From positions 1,178,001 to 1,242,000 of the forward strand of contig CP120455.1 in the NCBI GenBank assembly GCA_034226945.1: DNA of 64,000 nt, read 5' to 3'. Below the pieces are notes generated by a model. That model was not told the DNA's origin. It saw nothing but the letters and a program-made list of their open reading frames with translations, and ran no database searches. Positions 54,082 to 64,000 of this stretch are shown one piece after another (position 1 is the first letter of the stretch; every line of letters starts with the position of its first letter). The position numbers were made by a program, and so were the translations under genes. The DNA is from Picochlorum sp. SENEW3 (lineage: Eukaryota).

Positions 54082-56088
54082 ATGACCATGACAAGTGCAG
54101 TCAATATAGAATCCATTCAACCCTGTTTTGATTGCTCTGCATCAAAATTGGCATGGGTAACAGCTGATGGAAAAGTGCGAATATTTTACATTGACTCTGG
54201 TTCGACTCGAGTGAAGGATATCACGAGTCAATTAGCCGAGGGAAGCATACAAGAAGGACAGATATCACATTCTATATATTCATGCGTCAATTGGTGTCCA
54301 AAGGTGCGTGAGACGGGGTTGCCTTCCCATGCATGACATGTATGTTTGATATTTGACAGGAGCTCTGGGGCGATGGGAGACAGATTTGTGATACATGAAG
54401 TTCAATTTCCTATTTTATTACTGCAGGGGCCATATGAGAATGTAATGGTTGCCGGTGCGGTTGATGGGTCGGTGATTGCCTACGATGCGACTAGAATGGC
54501 TGTCGTATGGAGGGCATCGAGGCGAGAGGGGGCGATTACAGGCATGGTGAACATCCACGGTTCGAAGAGTGTTTTGGTCATGACAAAGTCCAGCAAAGCG
54601 TTTGTGTTGGACATGAAGTCTGGTAATGAGCTGGCCAGTTGGTCTGCCCCCACAAAGTTTGATGTGACAAAGATGGCGTCCTTGCCCGATGGGCGCATAT
54701 TACTGGCTGGAAGCGCCATTACTATGGTGGATAGCACGACAGGAGCTCGCCTTGGTAAGTGGACAGGGCATGCAACGCCCGTGATTGACTTGACAGCAGC
54801 AGAGCAGTACTTTTGTTCAGCGGCTACTGGCGATAGAACTATTGCTGTGTGGAGCGCGAGGACGACTCCTGCCGGTAAGCTGTGTACAAAGGCGGCGATT
54901 GCCCAAACAAGTCTAAACCACCCAGTTGCACAGGTGCACATGGCAAGAGTGTCGCCTTCATTATTCCATGTGGTGGCTGTCACACTGTCAGGGGATATTC
55001 GTGTTTGCCGGTGCAGAGCTTCGGAAAATAAGACGACATCGTCAGCGATTGATGTAGTAGAAATTCAGGAATGGGCGGCGTCGGAGAGTGGAGGCCCCTC
55101 AGTAGCACAGGTTGCGATTGATAATGCAGATGAGGATAGTCTGCAGTTGACAATTGCCTTTGGCACTGTGGTCAAACCTCGTGTCACGAGAATGAAAATC
55201 ACAGCACCACAAGATGGTTCTATTTTAGAGATAGTAAAGGCAGATGAGACGGATGATGATATATTGATGAAAGGAACCTCAACGGCAGGCAATCAGACTA
55301 GCAACAAGTCTGCCCACGTTCCCTTGGCGGTTGCCGAGGAGAATGAAACTGTGGTCCTCCACCCACCGTCTGAAAATGTTGAAGAAGAGGAGGACTTTGA
55401 CCACGTAGATGAAATGAGTGATGACGAGGACCCTGAGAGAAACTTGACCTTTGCGGAAAGAATAGGAGCCCTGAAGCAGAAGGACCAACATGCTCCAGCA
55501 CCCCAGGAGCCTGAGGAGGACTTCACGCAACCAAAAGCGGATTCACTCGCTGTCTTGCTGGGCCAAGCGATAGCCAACGAAGATAAGGGACTCTTTGAGA
55601 AATGTTTGAGTGTCAGGAATGCAAAGACAATTGGCAAAACTGCCAGGAATTTGCAGCCTGGTGATGCCACGGTCCTCGTGAAGATGCTGGTTCAAAAGCT
55701 GCAAGCAGCTCCTCGGCGAGGAACACAACTGGCCTCGTGGATTAGAGCCATCTTGATCCATCATGCGGGTTATTTTGCTGGTACAGGTGCATGCAAAGAG
55801 CATTTGGGAAATTTACACCAAATTATCGAATCACGGCTTGCATCATATCAATCCTTGGTGGCATTGAGTGGTAGACTGGATGTTGTGCTGTCTAGCGCCA
55901 AATTCGCTGGTCAGTATTCTAGCAGCGGGGTCGATGCTCCATTAGTGACAGTGGATATGGATGATTCGGGCGCCCTTGAAGTCCAGGACGCAGCTGCGGC
56001 GATTGGTTTTGAGTCAGATAGCGAGGAAGACGAAGAAGAAAGTGAGGAAGAGAGTGATGAGGATGACCTCATGGAGGAAGATGATTGA
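54082..56088 (+). CDS. UTP5: WDR43/UTP5 (WD40 + Utp12 domain)
   Basis: WD repeats (WTGHATPV), SLAVLLGQAI...WIRAIL.HH...LSGRLD Utp12 domain, acidic tail; intron ~54304-54425. Confidence 0.8.
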
Positions 56089-56140
56089 TAAATTACCTAA
56101 CATTATCATTATTATTATTATCATTATTGGAATATCGCTA

Positions 56141-56872
56141 TCAACCCCTTCCTCTTCCCCCTCTAAAACCTCCACGACCAAAACCTCGACCTCCACCCCC
56201 ACGGCCCCCAAAACCACCACGACCTCCCCCTCCACGACCTCCAAAGCCTCCACGGCCTCCTCCTCGACTTCCAAATCCGCCACGACCGCCGCCGCGGCCT
56301 CCTCCACGACCTCCTCCACGACCTTTGGGTGCCCCTTTCGGTTTGGGTAAGAACCTCTCTAGTGGCAACAGCTTGTTGGGATCAATGAAGAACTTGTCCC
56401 CTGAGGAATACGATGTGGCAACCACCCCTTCAGACATCTTTATTGTAAAATACACTGAATTAATCGGGCCAAAAACCTCCTCCACTTTGCCAATCTGTGT
56501 TTTATTCTCCAAAAATATGGGGGCATTGAAATACGGGATCATTGTGTTGGTCAGCTTGCACACCGCTTCACCTTCACAGGGGTGTTCAAACATGCCTGCC
56601 TCTACTACCTGGGCTGGTGGTCCCTGCGGCTCGAATCCCCCTCTTCCACGCCCACCACGAAATCCACCGCGATCTCCTGCACAAAAGATGACGAAAGCCC
56701 TCGTCAGATACGACATGCTTCTCCGACAACCAACATGCATGCCCAACCCACACCATCGACACCACCCTATACCCCCAGCGATGGGAACAAATCGCGTTCA
56801 TGAATCATTTATATACTTTTTAAACCCCTCCGTACCGCGACCAAAGCCGCCCCTTCCTCTCGGGGGCCTCAT
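56141..56872 (-). CDS. GAR1: H/ACA snoRNP protein Gar1
   Basis: RGG boxes flanking HPCEGE...[25 protein letters not shown]...[10 protein letters not shown]. Confidence 0.93.
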
Positions 56873-57175
56873 GAGTACGCAGGCTGGACCTCTATCAGTC
56901 GCACGTAGAAACAATTGAACGGTCGAGCTCACTCGTGCAAATACTGCTGATGCTCGTTTATCTTTTTTACTCTCTGAATGCCATTTGATCGCTCAGATGG
57001 GACAAAGTCCGCAGAGGCATTGATGGGAACTCGATCAATCAGCGATACCCAATCAAAGGCTCGCTTGGAACGGTGATCACTCCTGAGAGAGCATTGCGTT
57101 GCACTCCCACAGGAAACAAGCACCCAGGCACTGCCTCACACCGCTGTGCACTTTTATCCAATAAGTACAATAAAA

Positions 57176-58140
57176 ATGGGAAGACGTACGTTCATATTGA
57201 ATTGGAGTGGTGGTTATGCAATGCGTTCCGCCAGAGGTGTCCTTGGTCTCCGCCGGCGCGTTCGAGGAGCCAGGGCCGAGGCGTTTCAAAGTGTGGTAGA
57301 CTAACAAGCATTCGTATCCTTATTGCAGGTCCATTCAAATGTTATAGGCAGATTAAGGATAAGCCTTATCCAAAGTCTCGCTACTGCCGTGGTGTGCCAG
57401 ACCCAAAAATTCGTATCTATGATGCCGGCGCCAAGAAGACTGGCGTCGATGTGTTCCCACACTGCGTCCATCTTGTGAGGTATGTTTACATGTTTTAATT
57501 TTCTGCCGAGGGCCTCGCGGAGGCTTTTCCGTGTCCACCCGCGACCGGGTTGTGTGCGGCGGTCCTTCTTTCTGCCTCTCCAGGTGACTCACCATATCAG
57601 TATGTGATGTGCTGCAGTTGGGAGAAGGAGAATATTTCCTCAGAATCTCTTGAGGCTGCTCGTATTGCTGCTAACAAGTACATGGTGACCAAGGCTGGAA
57701 AGGAATCTTTCCATCTCCGTGTGCGTGTGCATCCATATCACGTGCTTCGTATCAACAAGATGCTTTCATGTGCTGGAGCTGATAGACTCCAGACTGGAAT
57801 GCGTGGTGCTTTCGGAAAGCCATACGGACTCTGCGCTCGTGTGTCCATCGGAAAGATCCTCATGTCCATCAGATGCCGTGATGCACATGCCCATTTAGCC
57901 GAGGAAGCTCTTCGCCGTGCCAAGTTCAAGTTCCCAGGACGCCAAAAGGTGGTTGCCTCAAGAAACTGGGGCTTCACTCCATTCACTCGTGAGGAGTACC
58001 TCCACCTGAAGAAGTCTGGGCGCCTCCTGAACGAGGGAATCCATGTGCAGCTCTTGAATGCCCATGGATCCCTGGAGAAGCGCAAGCCAGAGCACGTTTT
58101 CGAGGGAAAGAGCCGTCATTATCACACCGTTGCCGTTTGA
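57176..58140 (+). CDS. RPL10: 60S ribosomal protein L10 (uL16)
   Basis: [51 protein letters not shown]; introns 57186-57328 and 57480-57617. Confidence 0.96.
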
Positions 58141-58226
58141 TTGAATAGACTCTAACATTTAGTAGTAGCCCAGTCACAAGGGCAATGTTATTACATTAGT
58201 ATGTGTGAAATGAAATAGAAAGCCTT

Positions 58227-58912
58227 CTAATCGAGCAAAAAGAGCCTGCTGCCAGCATCCCTAATCAGCCAGTCAAAGGCATTGTCCAGCCCTTGCCCTG
58301 TGACGGCACTGCTCCCGTAAATCGCCCAGTGCCTGTTGGCATCCAGTGTATCTAATTTCAGTTCTCCTTTTTCTATGTCTCTCACACTCAAGCTCCCCTT
58401 CATGTCCTGCTTATTCGCCAACACAAGGAGCGTGGCCCCAGACAGCCTCTCCTCCTTCAGCAACTTGTGCAGTTCCTCCTCGCAATCCCTCATCCGCACC
58501 ACATCAGCACTGTCTACCACCCAAATCAGCGCGTCTGTCTTTTCGAAATAATTCCTCCAATACGAACGCAACGACTTCTGACCGCCAATATCCCAAATAT
58601 TAAGGGCATACCCACCCCTGTGGACTGTTTTGATCTGAAAGCCCAGCGTCGGGCTGACGGTCGAAATATCTTCTCCACATAATTTCTTCACTATTGTCGT
58701 CTTACCAGCATTATCTAAACCCCTGCAGCCCATGAGAAAACACCCCTCACATAATACATTCAAAGCAACCAAACAAAACAAAGAGGTTTGGACAAAAATA
58801 AACCAGGTGCCATTCTGAGAACAACGACAGGCAGACAAAGAACGCACACCAACAATATGCGTATTTCTCTCTCATTCCTCTTCACCTTGCGTATGATTGT
58901 CAGCAGCCCCAT
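58227..58912 (-). CDS. ARL2: ARF-like GTPase 2
   Basis: [40 protein letters not shown]. Confidence 0.92.
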
Positions 58913-59321
58913 CCCACTCTGTCCAACAGAGTCAGTCGGTAGACTTTGTTGCTGCCTTGTCTCGCAGTACAGACAGCTCTGCTAACCTCGCAGTACCCCA
59001 AGCAACCATATGACTAGTATTATGAATGATCTGAGACCCGTTGGGTCATCCATTTGTCAGCCAGACCGCTCTGGATCATTCGAGCCATGCATCGCCAATG
59101 GCACCACCCTGGTCAAATTCGGGCACTTGTTCCTGAGTGGCGTCAGTGCGCGCCATAAATTAATAATTAAGAGATATTGATACCAGATTTGGGTGGTGCT
59201 GATTGCGATTTCGACATTGGGTGGGTTTGAATGGCCTGCCAGGCCACGGAACGATATCTGCTGAGAGATAGATAGAGAGATACCGCTGATCATGCGCATG
59301 AGTATTGTGAATACGTAAGAT

Positions 59322-60425
59322 ATGGAGAATCTGGGAGAGGGGGTGACGGGAGTGTGCTTCCCTGTGTCCGTCTGCATGTTGCTTACAGTCTTCCTAGTCA
59401 AGACGCTCAACCCCGTTGGAAGGAGCAACGCTGATGCGGTGTACATTGCATCGATTTACTACCATGAGGATGCCTCGGATTCAATTTGGACGAAATTTGA
59501 AGGGTCCATGATCAATGCCATGGCATTTGTGGTGATTGTTGCTGCCATGACCTATGGGCTTGTCCTGCTGCTCAAGCATGGGTATACCAAGTGGATTTTT
59601 TACTACTTGGGATTCTCGGGGTTTACGACATTTTTTGTAATTTCTGGTGCAATCATTTTAGAATTGTTACAAAGGGCTGAGATTGGTGTGGACTGGGTTT
59701 CTTTCGTCATCCTCCTCACAAACTTTGCACTTGTAGGCGGCGTCACTCTCTTTGCCATGCCAGCACCCTTGCTGCTCAAACAGACATATTTGATCGTCCT
59801 TTCATGCTCTGTGGCCTACATTTTCACCTTTATACCAGAATGGACGGCATGGGTTCTATTGCTGGGTATGTCTGCGTATGACTTGTTTGCTGTTCTGGTG
59901 GATGTGGGCCCACTGAAAAAGTTGGTGGAGCTTGCGGAGGAGAGGGACGAGGACATTCCAGCGCTTGTGTATCAATCAAGGCCGTCCACATCGAAGAATG
60001 TGTCTCGAGAACGAACAGAAACTGACTATGCTGTTGTGCCAGAGCGGGAAGGCGCGGGAATGTCGAGCCCTCGGCCACAGGAGGGCGGAGAAGAAGAAGC
60101 AGACAACGAGCCTCTTGTTCAGGTGGAAGAAGAGGCCGATGGCCATCGACATTCGCTGAGTGGCATCAAATTAGGCCTGGGAGATTTCATTTTCTATTCA
60201 GTTTTGGTTGGTCGAGCAGCAATGTTCGATACGCTCACGACGGCTGCATGTTTTGTCGCCATCTTGGCAGGCCTGGGATGCACCCTCTTGTGGCTCTCAA
60301 TCTCGAGAAGGGCCCTCCCAGCGTTGCCAATCAGTGTGGCTCTTGCCACGCTGTTCTACTTCTTGTCTAGATTTGCATTGGAACCTGTAATTATGCCTAT
60401 GGTGTGTAACATGGTATATTTTTAA
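59322..60425 (+). CDS. PSEN: Presenilin (gamma-secretase catalytic subunit)
   Basis: PEWTAW, AYDL (YD), KLGLGDFIFYS (GxGD), ALPALP. Confidence 0.92.
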   Translation: MENLGEGVTGVCFPVSVCMLLTVFLVKTLNPVGRSNADAVYIASIYYHEDASDSIWTKFEGSMINAMAFVVIVAAMTYGLVLLLKHGYTKWIFYYLGFSGFTTFFVISGAIILELLQRAEIGVDWVSFVILLTNFALVGGVTLFAMPAPLLLKQTYLIVLSCSVAYIFTFIPEWTAWVLLLGMSAYDLFAVLVDVGPLKKLVELAEERDEDIPALVYQSRPSTSKNVSRERTETDYAVVPEREGAGMSSPRPQEGGEEEADNEPLVQVEEEADGHRHSLSGIKLGLGDFIFYSVLVGRAAMFDTLTTAACFVAILAGLGCTLLWLSISRRALPALPISVALATLFYFLSRFALEPVIMPMVCNMVYF

Positions 60426-60444
60426 AAAAAAAATCTGTATGAAT

Positions 60445-61938
60445 TCATTCATTGAGAGACTCCATCTCCAAGACGTGTGGGGCATCCTGCTCCGACAAGC
60501 CTCGCTGCAGCCGGTGTTGCATTGCTCTTTCGTCATCTTCTAAGAATCGAAATATGACAATCAGCATAAGACCACATGGGATCCATCCAGCTGTGGCCCA
60601 GAAAAAAGCGCTCTCTCTCCCAAGGCCTGAAATCATGAATGCGACAATGGCTGGTCCAAGCCCTTTTCCAAGGTCATCCAGTGTGGTTTGCAAGGCCAAT
60701 GCAACACCTCTCGTTTCGGGCTCATTCACATTCATGATCATCGCCCTTACGTTTGGTCCGACGGTACTGCTCAACATGCCACTCAGCAGGGCGAAGAAAA
60801 AGGACATGCTATAGTGCTGCTTCACATCCCCTTTGACAAGATACCACATGGGAAAGGTTCCCATCACAGTGGATGACCCGATGAATACTGGCATCAATCG
60901 CGGGCTTTTATTGTACAGAAACTGTCCCATTGCACCGCCTCCAATAACGCCGAACGCACCCCCAATCCCAATGGCCAAAACGAGGGAGGTGGCTGAGGAC
61001 ACTGACAGCCCCTTCTCTTGGGCAAGATAGTCATTCAGAAAGGTCAGAAGCATTCCCCAGGGAAGGCACCCAAAGAGCCCTTGCCCTATAGAATAGATAT
61101 TCGTTCGTATCGACATTAAAATCCCAATCTTTTTCATACTGAGCTCGGCATCGTACGAGTAGTGGTGCTTCTTGTCCCGATTCTCCCTCTGAAATGCCTC
61201 CTCTGTGGCCCCTCGCTCTGGTTCCTGGGTCGTCGCGTACATCAACAGCGCTGACACGATAGCCGGCACAGCCACAATAACAAAGGGCCACCTCCAACCC
61301 AACGCCGGGCCAACATATCCCGCCACGCCCTGCCCAGCAGCGATTCCCGCCCCCACAGCAACCTGCACGACAGCAGACACCAGAGACCTATGCCTGTGCA
61401 CATACATGTCACTCAGCAGGCTGAATATGAGAGGCAAGCAGCCTCCAATTGAGATACCCGTCAAAAGCCGTAGGATGAATAATTGCCAGTACTGTGACAC
61501 AAATATCGTCAACAGACAGGGGCCTTCCCCAAGCAGCACAGCAACCAGAAAGAGCAAGCGCCTGCTCATAAAGTGGGACAAATACCCAAACACCAGGGCA
61601 GCTGGAGCACCAAAAATATAAAATGCAGCGCCAATATAGCCCCCTAGATATTTGTCCCTCTCGTGATCATCGAATCCAAACGATTTGGCAATCTCAGTCA
61701 GATTGGGAGCCATCAAATTCTGGTCCGCAAACAGCAGGGCCGACGTGATGCAGAATATCGCCACCGGATAGATTGAAGAGAATTCCCAGGAAAATGACAC
61801 GCATCTCTCCTCCTGCAGCGCAGCGTCAGACGCCTGCACCTGGCCAAGAGAAGAAGACCCAATCAGCGGAGCGCTTTCGCCCGAGCTCTTCCTAGTGCCC
61901 ATTCTCATGGCGCCCGCACCATAGTATCTCGATGACAA
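60445..61938 (-). CDS. MFS transporter, spinster-like
   Basis: LLFADQNLMAPNL, about 12 TM helices, LRLLTG, GWRWPF; start codon uncertain. Confidence 0.8.
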   Translation of the reverse strand: MSSRYYGAGAMRMGTRKSSGESAPLIGSSSLGQVQASDAALQEERCVSFSWEFSSIYPVAIFCITSALLFADQNLMAPNLTEIAKSFGFDDHERDKYLGGYIGAAFYIFGAPAALVFGYLSHFMSRRLLFLVAVLLGEGPCLLTIFVSQYWQLFILRLLTGISIGGCLPLIFSLLSDMYVHRHRSLVSAVVQVAVGAGIAAGQGVAGYVGPALGWRWPFVIVAVPAIVSALLMYATTQEPERGATEEAFQRENRDKKHHYSYDAELSMKKIGILMSIRTNIYSIGQGLFGCLPWGMLLTFLNDYLAQEKGLSVSSATSLVLAIGIGGAFGVIGGGAMGQFLYNKSPRLMPVFIGSSTVMGTFPMWYLVKGDVKQHYSMSFFFALLSGMLSSTVGPNVRAMIMNVNEPETRGVALALQTTLDDLGKGLGPAIVAFMISGLGRESAFFWATAGWIPCGLMLIVIFRFLEDDERAMQHRLQRGLSEQDAPHVLEMESLNE

Positions 61939-62167
61939 AATTCCGATGCGTCGTTCGTATCTCTACTACTGCTGCTGCTACCCTTACGAGAACAGACGAG
62001 CTTCCGAGGAAATTATTAGTTATTGTCCCATATCGTTCGTTACTATGTTTCTTTCACTATGTTTGATTTTAGTTGTTACACAAGAGTCCATATTGTCAAG
62101 AAAGAAAACCAACTAGATGCCATTCGAGGAGATGTCAGCACAGCAGTGAAAAGAAAAAAGAACCGAC

Positions 62168-62678
62168 TCATTCCAGGCCATCCAGAAAGTCAAATCTCGT
62201 CCGTATCAGCCCCTTCATCTTGTCTGCCTCCTGCTCAGCTTTCCTTGCTTGCTTGATCTCCGCCTCGGAGACTCGTTGCAGGCTTGGCGGGGGGTCTCTC
62301 TCCTGGTCTACCTCTCCGAGCAGCACCACATTCTCCCCTCGAATCAAATGCACCCCGAGTTCTATTTCACCAAACTGGTTGCCTACTATTATTCTTTCTT
62401 TTGCACCTACACGTATATGTGAACATATATGCGTCAGAAAATCAGGTCTGAGATGAAAACAGCGCGTTTCTCTTTAGTAGGATTGCGTATTGCGAATGTG
62501 AAATTCGTGGCTCACCTTCCAGCACTATGTTGGCAAACTGATCGAAAGATCTCATTACCCCAATGACTTTTCTACCATCTCGAAGCTGGACCATGAGAAG
62601 CTTGTCGAGTTCCTCTACGAGCCCCATGCCTGGGGGAGGAACGTCGTCAATGGACGGTGGCAGCACTATTTGATCCAT
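62168..62678 (-). CDS. LSM1: Sm-like protein Lsm1
   Basis: [31 protein letters not shown] / [11 protein letters not shown]; one intron. Confidence 0.9.
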
Positions 62679-62769
62679 TGTTCATCCTCTGATACGTATA
62701 TATGTGCGAGATGGAAATACATAATAACTCCAATGAGTATGATCTTGTTGTCTATCACGTGCAATTTCC

Positions 62770-64000
62770 TTGCTGGCACACATGTCCATCGGCTTCCTTG
62801 ATTTTGGTTGTTGTTTTTTTATGTCGTCTTCTTGACTTGATTCAACAGTAGTTTATTGGAATGACACGCAACAATTACTACAGAAACCCACCAGGAGAAA
62901 GAGAGGTCCTGGACGTCGGGGCATGTTGCTAAGGCACTGCCGTGGAACGGTCAAGGACACCACTCTCTCGCTCTCGCTCTCACTCTCTCTCTGGAAGTGG
63001 CCATACATGGGTGGTATAATTGGTTTAGGATGAATCATATGAATGGCCCTTCCTGCCCATGGGTGACAGCTCTGCAGGCCCCTCCTCCTCATCCCAACCA
63101 ATGTGACGCGAACGGAATTGACGACGACCATCCATGTTTTTAATGGGGACCCTTTCATTCCTCGTGGTGTCAGCAGGACGTTGTTCCAAGTATAATAATG
63201 GCATATTCAATGCAATTGAACACCAAACTGATCAATAGACATTCCCAAGTGTTTTTTTTTCTGCTTAATTGAACACAATAAAAATCATGACCCATGGCCG
63301 GTGTGCCGGTGTGCCGGTGTGCCGGTGTGGTCGCCTGTTTTTATTGTGTCTGTTTACGGACGGAGAGAGAGAGAGAGAGAGAGAGACGACGAGAGAAAAG
63401 TACTATGCGTGGTGTCTCCGGTCGAGTGGATGCCAGGAGCGGACACTGTCAGAGAGACCAACACAGACTCTCTACTCCGCTCCCATCAAGTACTCCTCCT
63501 CCTCTTGAGAGTAATAAACACCAGGATTAACCTGTTACATGGTTCATGTGTCCACAATTTTGCAAGCCAACCACAGATACTCCTCTCAACAAGCAAGCTT
63601 GGCATTAGTTGTTGGCATTCGTGCCAACACACACACAACCATTCGCTTCCTTGAGCTTTGGAGTAGTCTGGCGTCTCCTTGATTTGATTCAGAGGAGTTG
63701 GAATGAAAATCAATGAGCGATTCGTACAGAAACCCACCATAAGAAGGTCCTGGACGTCGGGGCATGTTGCGAAGGTAATGCCGTGGAACGGTCAAGGACA
63801 CCACTCTCTCGCTCTCGCTCGCTCTCTGGAAGTAGCCATACATGGGTGGTATAATTGGTTTAGTATGAATCATATTAATGGCCCTTCCTGCCCATGGGTG
63901 ACAGCTCTGCAGGCCCCTCCTCCTCTTCCCAACCAATGTGAACGGAATTGACGACGACCACCCACACAGGCTGTGTTTTTAATAGGGACTTTCATTCGTC
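62770..64000. repeat. Diverged direct repeat (core 62879-63160 vs 63725-64000, offset ~846 bp) with internal microsatellites
   Basis: TACAGAAACCCACCA...GGTCCTGGACGTCGGGGCATGTTGC...CCCTTCCTGCCCATGGGTGACAGCTCTGCAGGCCCC...GGAATTGACGACGACCA occurs twice; (GCCGGTGT)4 at ~63297-63329 and (GA)n at ~63363-63385. Confidence 0.9.

Noticed and set aside
56014..56918. Pro-rich + strand ORF (56085-56918) and Val/Glu-rich minus ORF (56014-56319)
   Set aside because: Antisense and alternative frames of the GAR1 RGG repeats.
62853..63951. Paralogous short ORFs in the terminal repeats
   Set aside because: Their similarity comes from the DNA repeat; the frames are not preserved across indels and there are no protein motifs.

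Overview
Gene-dense eukaryotic nuclear DNA from a small green alga (Trebouxiophyceae/Picochlorum-like; this is inferred from plastid-targeted genes, short GT-AG introns and very short intergenic spacers). It holds about 40 mostly housekeeping genes, including CstF77, derlin, GEX1, kinesin-13, UTP17, SF1, ceramide kinase, KAS I, LIL3, ThrRS, CBF5, RPL29, PRMT1, PSY, FBA, Tudor-SN, UTP5, GAR1, RPL10, ARL2, presenilin and LSM1. The standout is an intronless 1024-aa ORF (32729-35803, minus) lying between PRMT1 and PSY. It has all the motifs of a Fanzor1 (eukaryotic TnpB-derived, RNA-guided DNA endonuclease): WED 'STDGVDVS', RuvC-I DPG, rearranged RuvC-II E before a CxxC zinc finger, and RuvC-III 'RDVNAAIN'. 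It is unusually long, has no transposase beside it, carries strong hairpins upstream, and leaves only 75 bp to the PRMT1 stop for its omegaRNA end and guide. Other oddities are a 66-bp direct repeat between PSY and FBA, long structured introns in highly expressed genes, and a diverged repeat block at the window end. All calls come from motif reading only; no database search was run.
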